Positions 46,027 to 57,200 of a stretch of DNA of 64,000 nt are shown in pieces. The notes under the pieces were generated by a model. The model was not told where the DNA came from. It worked only from the letters and a program-made list of their open reading frames with translations, and ran no database searches. The stretch spans positions 625,128-689,127 of the forward strand of contig JBFWWG010000001.1 of the NCBI GenBank assembly GCA_050246315.1. Reading direction: 5' to 3'. Both the position numbers and the translations under genes were made by a program. Numbering within the stretch: position 1 is the stretch's first letter; each line of letters begins with the position of its first letter. This DNA is from Nitrospiraceae bacterium. GTDB lineage: Bacteria; Nitrospirota; Nitrospiria; Nitrospirales; Nitrospiraceae.

Positions 46027-47181
46027 GTGACGAATACGCGTCGCGCCACCAGGTGGTGGCGTCGTCTTTCCGCCTTGACGTGGAAGGAGGTGCTGCAACT
46101 GGGACGCGATCGACCGCTGTTGTTGTTTCTGCTGTACTCCTTTTCGCTCTCGGTGTACATCAGCGGCGCCGGGATTACGATGCAACTTCAGAACGCCGGC
46201 CTGCTGGTGCATGATGCGGATCACAGCCAGTCTTCTCGCGAGCTGATCCACCGGTTTCAGCCCCCCTATTTCCGTTTCAATGGAGAGATCGCCGATCCTC
46301 GCCGGGGGATCCGACAACTCGACGAGGGCCGCGCGATGCTGATGTTGGAGATTCCTCCTCGATTTCACGAGGCGCTGGTCGGCGGAGAACAGACGGCGGT
46401 GCAGCTTCTGGTCGACACGACGAATGCGCCTCAGGGCCTCTCGGCGGCCGGTTATGCCGTGCGGATCGCCGGTGGGCTCGGTTCGGAAATCGGCTTAGCA
46501 TCGCTCGGTCTTTCCGCGGCGAAGGCCAACCTGCCCATGGTCACCAGCGCCCATCGCGTGTGGTTCAATCCTAACCAGGACGAGACCTGGTTTCAGTCCA
46601 TTTCCCATCTGTTGCGCATGATCACCGTGTTCGCGGTGTTGTTGCCGGCCGCCGCCCTGGTTCGCGAAAAGGAGCGCGGCACCGTCGAGCAGTTGCTGGT
46701 CTCGCCGTTGTCTCCTTTCCACATCATGTTCTCGAAGGTGCTTGCGATGTCCGGCGTCATTTTGACTGCGACGAGCCTTGCTCTGTACGGGGTGTTGCGT
46801 CCCGTCTTCCATGTGCCGATGAAAGGGCCAGCCTGGCTGTTTTTCCTGTTGAGCGCGTTGCATATTTTTACCACTGCCGGATTGGGTTTGGTGGCGGCGA
46901 CCCTCGCCAGGAACCAGGCTCAGGTGGGCATGATGACGCTCTTCCTCGTGGGACCGATGATGTTGCTGTCCGGTATTACCACGCCATACGAGTCGATGCC
47001 CGGATGGGTGCAGATGGTGATGACATTGTCTCCACTTCGATACTACATTGACGTGACATACGGCGTGCTGCTGAAAGGTGCCGGTCTCGACGTGCTGTGG
47101 AAGTCCGTCGGCGCGATGCTCTTGCTCGGGGGAGGGTTGTTTGGCTTCGGGATGTGGCGGTTCCGGCGGCAATTCGAATGA
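46027..47181 (+). CDS. ABC-2 permease (YbhR-like)
   Basis: WKEVLQLGRD, WFNPN, VREKERGTVEQLLVSP, LSGITTPYESMP. Confidence 0.88.
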   Translation: MTNTRRATRWWRRLSALTWKEVLQLGRDRPLLLFLLYSFSLSVYISGAGITMQLQNAGLLVHDADHSQSSRELIHRFQPPYFRFNGEIADPRRGIRQLDEGRAMLMLEIPPRFHEALVGGEQTAVQLLVDTTNAPQGLSAAGYAVRIAGGLGSEIGLASLGLSAAKANLPMVTSAHRVWFNPNQDETWFQSISHLLRMITVFAVLLPAAALVREKERGTVEQLLVSPLSPFHIMFSKVLAMSGVILTATSLALYGVLRPVFHVPMKGPAWLFFLLSALHIFTTAGLGLVAATLARNQAQVGMMTLFLVGPMMLLSGITTPYESMPGWVQMVMTLSPLRYYIDVTYGVLLKGAGLDVLWKSVGAMLLLGGGLFGFGMWRFRRQFE

Positions 47182-47741
47182 GCGGCTGGCGACGGCTGCG
47201 GACTGCGATCTTCTCCTCGTTCGTCGCGTGCCTGGTGGGACATGCCTTCTCGGTAACAGGGGCGGAGTCCGATGTCGGCGGGAGCCGAGACGAGAAACCT
47301 GCCGTCGATTGCCGCTGCGAATCGGGGGCCGCCGGCGACGAGGCAACGGGGGCACGCCTCAAAGGAGTGCCGTTCCCGAGCGACGACGTGTTCCGCCCCC
47401 TCCTTGCCGATCCAAAACAGCCGCAATTCTTCGCGACCTACCAGGCGGTTCGCGCGAGACTGGCCAATACCTCGGCCAACATCGGGTCGGTCGGGTTCGG
47501 GGAAAACTTTGGGTTGTATTCGAAGCGGCGGGGATGCAATGGATGGCAAGACGGGATCTTGGGAGGGGTCTTTTCGCAATTCAATCTAGATGCGCCCTCC
47601 TCGGATCTGGTCAACACCGACTACGTGATCGGTATTCCGGCGAGTTGGCGGAGCGGGCTGGTCTCGCTGCGCGCTCGTCACGGACAGTTCTTCGATCAGA
47701 AGATCGACTTATTCGGCGTGAGGCTCTCTCTGACGTTTTGA
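47178..47741 (+). CDS. DUF1207-like exported protein, apparently shortened by an internal in-frame deletion
   Basis: Signal peptide; FRPLLADPKQPQF, GGVFSQFNLD..SSDLVNTDY; jumps from SLRAR to the family-type C-terminus GQFFDQKI...F. Confidence 0.6.
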   Translation: MSGWRRLRTAIFSSFVACLVGHAFSVTGAESDVGGSRDEKPAVDCRCESGAAGDEATGARLKGVPFPSDDVFRPLLADPKQPQFFATYQAVRARLANTSANIGSVGFGENFGLYSKRRGCNGWQDGILGGVFSQFNLDAPSSDLVNTDYVIGIPASWRSGLVSLRARHGQFFDQKIDLFGVRLSLTF

Positions 47742-47854
47742 CTGAACCATGGCCGTGAACCGGTGAAGCGGGACGTCCATCTGGGTGAGAACAAATGACT
47801 GGCTCCGACCCATCGTTTCGGCGTAGGCTTGGGCTCACGACGGAAGCTCTGCCG

Positions 47855-48973
47855 ATGAACCAGCACGTGGCGCCGACGATCAGGGTGAATCAGGACGGGA
47901 TCGTCCAGTGCAGCGGAGGTTGGACGGTCTCTCAGTTGGCCGATCTGGAACCGATTGTCGAGGCCTGCGTCTGGCCCACGGTCAAACACTTGACGTGGGA
48001 CACCAGCGAGCTGACCGCCATGGACGCCGGGGGCGCGGTGCTGATGTATCGAACCATGGCCGAACTGCAGCGGCGCGGGTATGCCGTTACGGTTCAGGGA
48101 GTGCGCAAAGAGTTCGGGCGGCTGCTCGAACGGGTCGGTCAGACCTGGGCGGCGAGCAAGGAGATCACGGCGTTCCGCCGAGGTCCGCTGGAACGGGTCG
48201 GTGCGGCCGCCTGGGAGGTCGGACGTAATTGTGTCCAAGGCCTCGCCTTCGTCGGCGAAAGCGCGAGCGCCGCGGGACGGCTGGCCATGACGCCGTTACG
48301 CATCCGCTGGCGGACGGTGTTCCGGAACGTGGAACGAGACGGCGTGAACGCCTTGCCCATCACGGGGTTGCTGACGTTCTTGATGGGGGTGGTGATTGCC
48401 TACCAGGGGGCGGAACAACTCCGACAGTTCGGCGCGAACATCTTTGTCGTGGATTTGGTCGGTATCTCGCTATTGCGCGAGATCGCGCCGATCATTGTGG
48501 CGATCCTCCTGGCCGGTCGATCGGGGTCCGCCTATGCCGCCGAGATCGGGACGATGAAGGTGACGGAGGAGTTGGACGCCATCCGCACGCTGGGATTGTC
48601 GCCGATCGACCTGCTCGTGATGCCGCGTGTATTGGCGCTGATCATTGCCATGCCGCTGCTCACGGTCTACGCCGATGCGCTCGGGGTGTTCGGCGGCATG
48701 CTGATCGCGCTGAGCGAGCTGAACATCAGCTTCACGGAATTTATTTCCCGTTTCGAGGAAGCGGTCGCCCTACGACATTTCCTCATCGGCATCGGCAAGG
48801 CGCCGTTCTTCGCGCTGATCATCGCATTGGTAGGGTGCTACCAGGGCTTTCAGATTCGGGGCGGCGTGGACCAGGTGGGCCGGCGCACGACGATGAGTGT
48901 GGTGCAAAGCATCTTCATGGTGATCGTGTTCGACGCCTTTTGCAGTATCCTGTTCAATTGGTGGGACGTCTGA
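47855..48973 (+). CDS. mlaE: MlaE-family permease with N-terminal STAS domain
   Basis: MDAGGA STAS motif; LREIAP, AGRSGSAYAAEIGTMKVTEELDA, VGRRTT.SVV. Confidence 0.88.
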   Translation: MNQHVAPTIRVNQDGIVQCSGGWTVSQLADLEPIVEACVWPTVKHLTWDTSELTAMDAGGAVLMYRTMAELQRRGYAVTVQGVRKEFGRLLERVGQTWAASKEITAFRRGPLERVGAAAWEVGRNCVQGLAFVGESASAAGRLAMTPLRIRWRTVFRNVERDGVNALPITGLLTFLMGVVIAYQGAEQLRQFGANIFVVDLVGISLLREIAPIIVAILLAGRSGSAYAAEIGTMKVTEELDAIRTLGLSPIDLLVMPRVLALIIAMPLLTVYADALGVFGGMLIALSELNISFTEFISRFEEAVALRHFLIGIGKAPFFALIIALVGCYQGFQIRGGVDQVGRRTTMSVVQSIFMVIVFDAFCSILFNWWDV

Positions 48974-48999
48974 GTGATGCACAGGGAGCCGATATCCCG

Positions 49000-49818
49000 A
49001 TGATCCAAGCCGACATCCCTCCGTCCAACGCGGCAAGTCCGATCATCGAGGTCAACCATGTGAGCACCCGCTTCGGGAACGCCGTCGTCCACCGCGACGT
49101 GAGTCTGTCGGTCAAGTCGGGTGAGATCTTCGCCATTGCCGGCGGCAGCGGCTGTGGCAAATCAGTCCTGATGAGAGAGATCATCGGCTTGCAACAACCG
49201 ACCTCGGGAACCGTACGGTTGTTCGGATGGGACGGTGCCGTCTATCGGTCGGGTCGAGTGCCCGACCTCTACCAGCGTTTCGGGGTCATGTTCCAACAGG
49301 GTGCCTTGTTCAGCTCGCTGACCCTCGAAGACAATGTCGCGGTGCCCCTGCGGGAATTCACATCGCTCAGCGAGCGGTTCATCCGCGACATCGTGGCGAT
49401 GAAGATTGCCTCGGTCGGTCTGCCGGCAGACAGCGGGGCGAAGTTTCCGGACGAGCTGAGCGGCGGGATGCGCAAACGGGGAGCCCTGGCCCGCGCGATC
49501 GTAATGGACCCGGAACTGCTGTTTCTTGACGAGCCGACCGCCGGCCTCGATCCGATGAGTTCGGCCGCGATTGACGAGCTGATCCTCAATCTGAAGTCGC
49601 TGCTGGGTCTGACGGTGGTGATGGTGACGCACGATTTGGACCTGCTCTGGCGGGTCGCCGACCGGGTCGCGGTGCTCGGCGACGGTCGCGTCCTCGGCAT
49701 GGGGACCATGGCCGAGCTGTCTCGATCCGAGGAGCCGGCCGTCAAACAATATTTCCACGGGCCCCGAGGCCGCGAAGCGGCGGCCAAACACGCATGGAAC
49801 CACGAGTCAAATACATAG
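49000..49818 (+). CDS. mlaF: MlaF-family ABC ATPase
   Basis: GGSGCGKS, FQQGALFSSL, ELSGGMRKR, LDEPTAGLDP, VTHDL. Confidence 0.88.
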   Translation: MIQADIPPSNAASPIIEVNHVSTRFGNAVVHRDVSLSVKSGEIFAIAGGSGCGKSVLMREIIGLQQPTSGTVRLFGWDGAVYRSGRVPDLYQRFGVMFQQGALFSSLTLEDNVAVPLREFTSLSERFIRDIVAMKIASVGLPADSGAKFPDELSGGMRKRGALARAIVMDPELLFLDEPTAGLDPMSSAAIDELILNLKSLLGLTVVMVTHDLDLLWRVADRVAVLGDGRVLGMGTMAELSRSEEPAVKQYFHGPRGREAAAKHAWNHESNT

Positions 49819-50756
49819 TCGTCGGCACCTTCCTTGCGGCCTTGGGGCTGGCCACGCTCGCGGGCGTGCTGTGGTTGGGTAAATCGGACTATCGCGGCAA
49901 GTACGATCGGTATTACGTCTACACGCACGAGTCGGTCTCGGGACTGAGCGAGAACTCGATTGTCCGCTATCGAGGGGTGGAGGTGGGGCGGGTGAAGGAG
50001 ATTGTCTTGAATCCGGACAACCCGGAAGAAGTGCGGGTCACCCTCGATATCGTCAGCGGTACACCGGTCAAGACCGACACGGTGGCGATCCTGGTCACGC
50101 AAGGTCTGACCGGCTTGGTGACGTTGAACCTGAACGGCGGTAGCCGCGATGCCCCACCCTTGACCCTGGAAGGTCAGCAGGAGTACCCGGTGATCAAGAG
50201 CGCGCCGTCCCTGTTTGGCCGTCTCGATATGGCGCTCTCCAGGCTCCTGTCCGAGCAGGGGCTTTCGCAACTGGTCACGAGTCTGACCACGTTAAGCCAA
50301 AACGCCGCCGGCATGGTGGACGAGGACAATCGGGCCGCGCTGAAGCAGATGCTCAAGGATCTGGCGGACATGACCCATACGCTGGCGGCCCGGAGCGACC
50401 GGCTCGATCGTGGCGTCGTCGGCGCCGCGCGAGCGGCGGAGAACCTCGCCTCGATGACCGAGTCCCTCAACAAGCAACTCCCACCGCTGGTCGAACGAAT
50501 CAACAAGAGCGCGGCAGCGCTGCAAACGATGACGGAAGAATTGGCTCAGACGAGTCGGACCGTCGGTGCGGTCGTTCGGGACAGTCAACCGGAGATCCAG
50601 CAATTCACCAGGCAGACGTTGGTGGAGACCGGCCAACTCGTCACGGAGATGCGCCAGTTGACGGCGAGCTTGCAACAGGTGGCCAGGCAACTCGAGCGGG
50701 AACCGAACTCGCTCGTGTTCGGCAAGGGCCGGGCCCCACGCGGGCCGGGAGAGTGA
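49794..50756 (+). CDS. mlaD: MCE/MlaD family protein with a helical extension
   Basis: N-terminal TM; SVSGL..NS.VRYRGVEVGRV; QGLTGL; C-terminal LEREPNSLVFG. Confidence 0.88.
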   Translation: MEPRVKYIVVGTFLAALGLATLAGVLWLGKSDYRGKYDRYYVYTHESVSGLSENSIVRYRGVEVGRVKEIVLNPDNPEEVRVTLDIVSGTPVKTDTVAILVTQGLTGLVTLNLNGGSRDAPPLTLEGQQEYPVIKSAPSLFGRLDMALSRLLSEQGLSQLVTSLTTLSQNAAGMVDEDNRAALKQMLKDLADMTHTLAARSDRLDRGVVGAARAAENLASMTESLNKQLPPLVERINKSAAALQTMTEELAQTSRTVGAVVRDSQPEIQQFTRQTLVETGQLVTEMRQLTASLQQVARQLEREPNSLVFGKGRAPRGPGE

Positions 50757-50760
50757 GAGA

Positions 50761-51423
50761 ATGGCAACGGTGATCCGGTGGCGGGAGATCCGGAGGGTGA
50801 CGAGTCTCTTGGCGGCCTGCGCCCTCTGTGTGGCGCTGGCCGGGTGTCTCTCGATCCCCCGTGAGACTCGGGACAGCGTTCATACGTTCGTGCTGACGCT
50901 GGATAGCCAGAACGCCGATAGACCGCCCGTCAAGCCAGGCGACGGCGTGTTGGTAGTCAGCATGCCCCAGGCCCAACCGGGATTTGAATCACCAAACATC
51001 GCCTACATGCAGCGTCCCTACGAGATCGGCTACTATGCGACCCATCAATGGGCCGAGTCTCCGGCGCGCCTGCTCCATCCGCTCCTGGTCCAGACGTTCG
51101 AGCGGACGGGTGCGTGGCGTGCGGTGGTGGCGATGCCGACGTCCGTTCGAGGAGATCTCCGTCTCGATCTCGATCAGGTCGTGCTGGTGCAGGAATTTCT
51201 CCAACGCCCGAGCCGAGTCCTGGTGAGCCTGCGGGCCCAACTCCTTGCGTTGCCGTCCTATCACGTGATCGGGAGTCGGCGGTTCGAATCGACGGAGCCG
51301 GCTCCGACCGACGATGCGTACGGCGGAGCCGTTGCAGCCAACCGGGCCGTGCAGGCGGTGGTGAAGGAGCTGGGCGACTGGCTCGCCGGCTGCGTGAATG
51401 CCCGCCAGGGCGGTGCCTGTTGA
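50761..51423 (+). CDS. ABC-type transport auxiliary lipoprotein (PqiC-like)
   Basis: Lipobox LAGC; YYATHQWAESPARLL; follows the MCE gene. Confidence 0.82.
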   Translation: MATVIRWREIRRVTSLLAACALCVALAGCLSIPRETRDSVHTFVLTLDSQNADRPPVKPGDGVLVVSMPQAQPGFESPNIAYMQRPYEIGYYATHQWAESPARLLHPLLVQTFERTGAWRAVVAMPTSVRGDLRLDLDQVVLVQEFLQRPSRVLVSLRAQLLALPSYHVIGSRRFESTEPAPTDDAYGGAVAANRAVQAVVKELGDWLAGCVNARQGGAC

Positions 51424-51424
51424 G

Positions 51425-51901
51425 ATGCGCCAATCGATCAAGACCGGCCTCAGCTTCGGCCTGACCTCCGGAGTCATCACAACGCTCGGACTCCTGGTCG
51501 GATTACATGCCGGTACTCAGTCCCGGGTGGCGGTGATCGGGGGGATTGCCACGATCGCGGTGGCGGACGCCCTGTCCGATGCGATGGGCATCCATCTGGC
51601 CGAGGAATCCAAGAACAACGGGAGCGAGTTGGAGATCTGGGAGGCTACCGTCTCGACCTTTCTGGCAAAGTTCGTGATCGCGATGAGCTTCGTCGTGCCG
51701 TTGATCCTCCTGCCGCTGGATCAGGCGGTGCTCGTGAGCGTGGCGTGGGGCCTGGGCCTGCTGACACTCTTGAGCTACGGCTTGGCCAGGACGCAACGGA
51801 TTGCACCCTGGAAAGTCATTGCCGAACACGGCGTGATCGTGCTGTTCGTGGTGGCGGTCACTCACTATCTCGGGGAGTGGCTTCGCACCATGCTCGAATG
51901 A
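51425..51901 (+). CDS. VIT1/CCC1-like membrane protein (Fe/Mn transporter family)
   Basis: FGLTSGVITTLG, ADALSDAMGIHLAEES; about five TM helices. Confidence 0.75.
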   Translation: MRQSIKTGLSFGLTSGVITTLGLLVGLHAGTQSRVAVIGGIATIAVADALSDAMGIHLAEESKNNGSELEIWEATVSTFLAKFVIAMSFVVPLILLPLDQAVLVSVAWGLGLLTLLSYGLARTQRIAPWKVIAEHGVIVLFVVAVTHYLGEWLRTMLE

Positions 51902-51965
51902 CCGGGCCGCTGCGAGTCCGCACCTTCCACGAGTGGCGTGAAATGGTTTATAGAGGGAGACGGCC

Positions 51966-52919
51966 ATGTCTTCGCGAACCGATCAACATCGAAGAACGCT
52001 CCTTCTCGCCACGGATTTTCAAGTGCCGGCGAGAAGGGCCTTCTCCCGCGCGATCGTCCTGGCCTTGGCGATTCCTGCCAAGCTCGTGATCGCACATGTC
52101 ATCAAGGCTGCCCCGCGACCGCGCCGTGCATCCGATTCGGACGGCCGATATCAGGGGGCGCTCAAAACGGCGGCAATGCTGGAACTGGGACGTCTGGCCC
52201 GCACCGCGCAGGATGCGGGCGTCGAGGTGGAGACCAGGCTTCTGTACGGCATTCCTTGGATCTGCATCCTGGAATCGGCGGAGAAATTGCGGCCCGAGTT
52301 GATCGTGCTCGGGACGCACGGGAAGGTCGGTTGGGACCGGCTGCAACTCGGCAGCACAGCGGAAGCGGTCGTGCGGGAGGCGTCTTGCCCCGTGCTCACG
52401 TTGCATGGCATGGTGCCGGGAGACGTGTCTCGTCACCCGGCACGGGTGCGATTGCGAAGGCTCCTGGTTGGAACGGACCTCTCCAACTCCACTCCGATCG
52501 TACTGCGTTATGCAGCGGGCTTGGCCAAGCGGCTTGATGCGTCCCTGTTGATTCTCCATGCCCTTGGACAAGGTCCGCGAAGTCGTGGCCTGCACCAGGT
52601 CTTCGGACCAACACGAGGAAATGCGTGGTCGAAGACGAGTCGGCAGCGGAAACTCGACCGATGGGTGTCGATGCTTCAAGCGCAGGATCTGCCGGTGGAG
52701 AGCCGCTGCGTTGACGAGACTCCTGTTGAAGCCATTGTGGGAGAGGCCGAGCGCTGGCGCGCAGACATGTTGATTCTGGGCACGGTGGGACGGCGAGGTC
52801 TGTCCCGGTTGATGCTTGGCAGTGTGGCCGAGGGGGTGATCAGGAGAGCCGGCTGCGCGGTCCTCACAATCCCTGTGGCGGCGACCCGTGGGTTGCGGAA
52901 GAGCCGGGCGCGATCATGA
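51966..52919 (+). CDS. Universal stress protein, tandem USP domains
   Basis: LLLATDF...IVLGTHG...GSTAE; LLVGTDLS...ILGTVG...GSVAE. Confidence 0.9.
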   Translation: MSSRTDQHRRTLLLATDFQVPARRAFSRAIVLALAIPAKLVIAHVIKAAPRPRRASDSDGRYQGALKTAAMLELGRLARTAQDAGVEVETRLLYGIPWICILESAEKLRPELIVLGTHGKVGWDRLQLGSTAEAVVREASCPVLTLHGMVPGDVSRHPARVRLRRLLVGTDLSNSTPIVLRYAAGLAKRLDASLLILHALGQGPRSRGLHQVFGPTRGNAWSKTSRQRKLDRWVSMLQAQDLPVESRCVDETPVEAIVGEAERWRADMLILGTVGRRGLSRLMLGSVAEGVIRRAGCAVLTIPVAATRGLRKSRARS

Positions 52920-52935
52920 CACGAGTTGGAGCGGA

Positions 52936-54459
52936 ATGATCCTGCCTTTTGAATATCTGCTGCTGGGCGCTTCGGTACTACTCTTGCTCAGCGTGATCGC
53001 CAGCAAGGCTTCCTGGCGCTTTGGCGTGCCCTCCTTGTTGCTGTTCCTGGTCATCGGCATGTTGGCCGGATCGGACGGCCCTGGCGGCATCCATTTCGAC
53101 AATCCACCGCTGGCCCAGTCCCTCGGCGTGGTGGCGCTCGCGTTCATTCTGTTTGCCGGCGGGCTGGACACCGAGTGGCGGAGAGTGCGCCAGGTCCTGG
53201 GAAAGGGGCTGATCCTCTCCACATTCGGGGTCGGCATCACGGCGCTCTTGGTCGGCTGGTATGCGACGACCGTGCTCAAGGTGTCTTGGCTGGAAGGGTT
53301 GCTGATCGGCTCGATCGTGTCCTCCACCGATGCGGCCGCCGTGTTCGCGGTCCTGCGCTCGCGGAACGTCAGGCTTCGAGGACTGTTGAAGCCGCTGCTG
53401 GAATTGGAGTCCGGGAGCAATGATCCCATGGCGGTCTTCTTGACCGTGGGACTGATCGGATTGCTGACGGGGTCCACGGCCTCGGTGGTCGACTTGATTC
53501 CTCGGTTCTTTCTCCAGATGGCGCTCGGAGCAGGGGTCGGATATGGAATGGGGACGGCCATGGCCTGGCTGGTGAATCGCCTCCAGCTCGAATATGACGG
53601 GCTGTACCCGGTGCTGACGCTCTCCCTGGTGCTGCTCGCCTACAGCGCGACGGCTACGGTGGGGGGCAACGGATTCTTGGCGGTGTACATGGCGGGGCTG
53701 ATCATGAGCAGGAGCCAGTTCCGCCGCAAGCGCAGCGTGGTGCAGTTTCACGACGGGCTCGCCTGGTTGATGCAGATCGTGATGTTTCTCACGCTCGGCC
53801 TGCAAGTCTTCCCCTCCCAGCTCGTTCCCGTCGCGTCGGCCGGCCTGCTCCTGGCGCTGTTCTTGATGGTCTGTGCCCGTCCCATCGCGGTCTTCCTGAC
53901 TCTCTCCTTTTCTCGGATCGGCTTGCGGGAAAAAATCATGGTGGCTTGGGTCGGACTCAGGGGGGCGGTGCCGATCATTCTGGCCACGTTTCCGTTAGTG
54001 GCCGGGATCCCGCAAGCGCCGATGATCTTCAACGTCGTGTTCTTTATCGTCTTGACGTCGATCCTGCTGCAGGGGACCTCGATTCCTCTGGTCGCGCGCT
54101 GGCTCAAGGTGGATGCCCCGCTCTCGATTGAGTCGTCAGGCGGAATGCTGGAGGTTCCGTCCGTCAGAACCGACACCGGCGCGATCATGGAGTTCAGGAT
54201 TGCTTCCTCCTCCAGGGCGGTCGGCGAACGATTGTCCGACCTCGACCTCCCGGCCGAGGCCTTGTCGATCCTGGTCATCCGCCAAGGCCAATCGTTTGTT
54301 CCTCCTGCGACCCTGGAATTGCAAATCAACGACACGGTGGTGATCTTTGCGGACCGGGCCTGGATAGGGAATTTAAGCGCGTTGTTCGGATCGCCACCCG
54401 TGATGAAAGAGAGGAAAGAGGACTCCCCGCCCCGCGAGGTCCGACAGGTCCAAGCATGA
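52936..54459 (+). CDS. cvrA: K+/H+ antiporter, CPA1 (CvrA/NhaP2) with TrkA-C domain
   Basis: [46 protein letters not shown]. Confidence 0.9.
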   Translation: MILPFEYLLLGASVLLLLSVIASKASWRFGVPSLLLFLVIGMLAGSDGPGGIHFDNPPLAQSLGVVALAFILFAGGLDTEWRRVRQVLGKGLILSTFGVGITALLVGWYATTVLKVSWLEGLLIGSIVSSTDAAAVFAVLRSRNVRLRGLLKPLLELESGSNDPMAVFLTVGLIGLLTGSTASVVDLIPRFFLQMALGAGVGYGMGTAMAWLVNRLQLEYDGLYPVLTLSLVLLAYSATATVGGNGFLAVYMAGLIMSRSQFRRKRSVVQFHDGLAWLMQIVMFLTLGLQVFPSQLVPVASAGLLLALFLMVCARPIAVFLTLSFSRIGLREKIMVAWVGLRGAVPIILATFPLVAGIPQAPMIFNVVFFIVLTSILLQGTSIPLVARWLKVDAPLSIESSGGMLEVPSVRTDTGAIMEFRIASSSRAVGERLSDLDLPAEALSILVIRQGQSFVPPATLELQINDTVVIFADRAWIGNLSALFGSPPVMKERKEDSPPREVRQVQA

Positions 54460-56165
54460 CGCGAGACCCGCTGGTCGCCTACTTTTCGATGGAGATCGGG
54501 CTTCAAGCCGGTATGCCCACCTATGCCGGCGGGCTCGGCGTGTTGGCGGGCGATACGATCCGCTCTGCGGCCGACCTCGACATTCCCATGGTGGCCGTGT
54601 CGCTGCTTCATCGGCGCGGGTACTTCTTTCAACAGCTCGATACGGCGGGGAATCAGAGGGAAGAGCCGGTATCCTGGGCGATCGATGACTTTGCCGAGGA
54701 GTTGGAGGCTCGGGCGGTCATTGAGTTGGAAGGGCGAACCGTTCATCTTCGAGCCTGGCGCCATCTGGTCACGGGAATTTCCGGCTCCACGGTGCCGGTG
54801 TATCTCTTGGACGCCGATCTGCCCGAGAACAGGGCGGAGGACCGGCGGTTGACCGATGTGTTGTATGGCGGGGACTCCTATTACCGCCTCTGTCAGGAGG
54901 TGATTCTCGGCATCGGCGGCATCCGCATGTTGGCTTCGTTGGGCTACCGGGATCTCTATCGCTACCATCTCAACGAAGGCCACGCGGCTCTGTTGGTGCT
55001 CGGGCTGCTCGAACAGCGGGTGGGGGAGAGACCGGAGCCGGCGATATCCTGTAAGGCGGTCTTGGAAGCCATGCGCGAACATTGTGTCTTTACGACGCAT
55101 ACGCCCGTGCCGGCCGGCCACGATCAGTTTCCGACCGATATGGCCCGCCGCGTGCTGGGCGAGCGCTTTTGGGCCATACTCTCGGAATGTTGGGACAATG
55201 CTCCATTGAATATGACGGAGTTGGCTCTTCGTAGTGCCCGCTATATCAACGGCGTGGCGATGAAGCATGGGGAAGTCTCACGCGGGCTGTTCCCCGGCTA
55301 CCCGATCCACTCGATCACGAACGGGGTGCATGCCACGACCTGGGCCGCCCCGTCGTTTCAACGACTCTATGACCGGCATCTTCCCGATTGGCGGCGTGAT
55401 TCCCTGTCCCTGCGCTACGCGGTCGGCATCCCAACTGATGAGTTGTGGCAGGCCCATCAGGAGGCCAAGCGCGCGTTGCTCGATGTTGTCAATCACGAGA
55501 CGAACGCGGGAATGGATTGTGACGTCTTGACGATCGGCTTTGCGCGCCGGGCGACAGCCTATAAGCGATTTCTCCTGCTCTTTCACGACCTCGACCGGCT
55601 CGTGCGGATCGTAAGAGCCGCCGGTCCCATTCAAATCATCTTCGCCGGCAAGGCGCATCCCCGCGATCAGGAGGGGAAGGCCATCATTCGCCGTGTCCAT
55701 GAGGTGAAGGAGCGGCTTCGAGACACGGTGGCGATTACGTATCTGGCGAACTACGACATGGAAACGGCGAAGCTGCTCTGCGCGGGCTCGGATGTCTGGC
55801 TCAACACCCCGATGCCTCCGTTGGAAGCGTCGGGGACCAGTGGCATGAAGGCGGCCATCAACGGCGTTCCGAGCCTCAGCGTGCTGGACGGCTGGTGGAT
55901 CGAAGGGCATGTGGAGGGCGTGACCGGCTGGGCGATCGGGGAGCGGCTCGATACCTGCGACCGGCCGGAACCTGGACTGGATGCCTGCCATGCGGATGCC
56001 CTCTACGATGCGCTGGAGCACCGGGTCCTGCCCTGTTTCTACCGTGAGCGATCACGGTTTCAGGAGATGATGCGCCATGCCATCGTGCTGAACGGCTCGT
56101 TCTTCAACACGCATCGGATGGTGGCGCAGTACCTGCATATGGCCTATCAAGCGGTCGGTCGGTAG
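54456..56165 (+). CDS. glgP: Alpha-glucan phosphorylase (short form)
   Basis: [60 protein letters not shown]. Confidence 0.93.
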   Translation: MTRDPLVAYFSMEIGLQAGMPTYAGGLGVLAGDTIRSAADLDIPMVAVSLLHRRGYFFQQLDTAGNQREEPVSWAIDDFAEELEARAVIELEGRTVHLRAWRHLVTGISGSTVPVYLLDADLPENRAEDRRLTDVLYGGDSYYRLCQEVILGIGGIRMLASLGYRDLYRYHLNEGHAALLVLGLLEQRVGERPEPAISCKAVLEAMREHCVFTTHTPVPAGHDQFPTDMARRVLGERFWAILSECWDNAPLNMTELALRSARYINGVAMKHGEVSRGLFPGYPIHSITNGVHATTWAAPSFQRLYDRHLPDWRRDSLSLRYAVGIPTDELWQAHQEAKRALLDVVNHETNAGMDCDVLTIGFARRATAYKRFLLLFHDLDRLVRIVRAAGPIQIIFAGKAHPRDQEGKAIIRRVHEVKERLRDTVAITYLANYDMETAKLLCAGSDVWLNTPMPPLEASGTSGMKAAINGVPSLSVLDGWWIEGHVEGVTGWAIGERLDTCDRPEPGLDACHADALYDALEHRVLPCFYRERSRFQEMMRHAIVLNGSFFNTHRMVAQYLHMAYQAVGR

Positions 56166-56214
56166 CTGGAGGAGAACGACCGACCGGAAGTGGCCGGTAC
56201 GTAAGGAGACTGGC

Positions 56215-56613
56215 ATGGACAAAGCACGAGGGCTCGCGGACGGTCTGATCCGAATCGCTCATATCGTGGTGATCGTTTCCGTCATCTGGGGGTGTCAGCC
56301 TATTCCAAAAGCCGATGAGCCTACCTCAAGACCTGGTGGAAACCCCGAGGTATCTCGTACACATGGTGAAGAGCTGTACCTCCGTCATTGCGCGGCGTGC
56401 CACGGTGCGACGGGGACGGGCGACGGCTATGCCGGTCTGAATCCGCCGCCGGCCGACCTGGGTTCGGCCAAGGTTCAGACTCAATTGGCTCCGCAGCTCA
56501 TCAAGACGGTGCACGAGGGACGGCCTGATACGGCCATGGGTGCATGGAGACATATGCTATCCGACCAAGAGATTGAGGAGGTCGTGGCGCATCTTCACAC
56601 CTTCCGACAGTGA
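56215..56613 (+). CDS. Monoheme cytochrome c, probable lipoprotein
   Basis: RBS AAGGAG; VIWGC lipobox-like; CAACH; distal Met in TAMGAW. Confidence 0.88.
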   Translation: MDKARGLADGLIRIAHIVVIVSVIWGCQPIPKADEPTSRPGGNPEVSRTHGEELYLRHCAACHGATGTGDGYAGLNPPPADLGSAKVQTQLAPQLIKTVHEGRPDTAMGAWRHMLSDQEIEEVVAHLHTFRQ

Positions 56614-56765
56614 GGTGCTGTGGCATCTCGCGCCAGTCTATCCGCTCGGCTGTGGCCTTAGTCTTCATTCAGCTCTCCTGCGCCATGATCTGGATCCTAG
56701 GACGTGTATCCGAGAAATCGCTGTTCTGACAGCGGCTTGGTCCACAAGACGCGGGTGCGGCGCGC

Positions 56766-56780
56766 TGGCATGATGGTTGC
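56766..56780 (+). promoter_or_regulatory. Sigma54 -24/-12 promoter
   Basis: TGGCATGATGGTTGC (GG-N10-GC) about 40 nt upstream of the DUF2934 start. Confidence 0.65.
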
Positions 56781-56819
56781 CAGTTACGGATGGAACATTG
56801 TCACAAGGAGGACCTAATC

Positions 56820-57089
56820 ATGGATGCCAGACCGACGGGATCTCGCGCAGGCAGCAAGCGAGGCAAACAAGTACAACAGCCTACCACGCCGGCTGAGGCA
56901 CAGGCGGCCGAAGCGGCCTCGGTTTCGAGAGTCGCCATTTATCCTGTCCGCACCTGCGAGGATCTCCACGAACAGATCCAGAATCGGGCATACGAACTCC
57001 ATGCCTCGCGCGGGTACCGAGAGGGGGCCGCGCTGGACGATTGGCTCGAAGCGGAGCGGGAAATCCTGAGCCACCTTCCTCCCATGTGA
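56820..57089 (+). CDS. DUF2934 domain protein
   Basis: RBS AAGGAGG; IQNRAYELHASRGYREGAALDDWLEAEREI. Confidence 0.85.
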   Translation: MDARPTGSRAGSKRGKQVQQPTTPAEAQAAEAASVSRVAIYPVRTCEDLHEQIQNRAYELHASRGYREGAALDDWLEAEREILSHLPPM

Positions 57090-57200
57090 GCGACAGGAAG
57101 GCCCACCTCGGCTCCTGATGTCACGGAATCACCGGCCGAGCCGTGAATCCTTTCCACGCCTCTTTCCCTCGAAGTGGTAGCGAGGAGGGAGGTGACACCC

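Noticed and set aside
48229..48999. Long N-terminal extension of the MlaF ORF (similar cases at 19401, 36667 and 44724)
   Set aside because: Extensions overlap upstream genes in another frame and are artefacts of calling the first start codon
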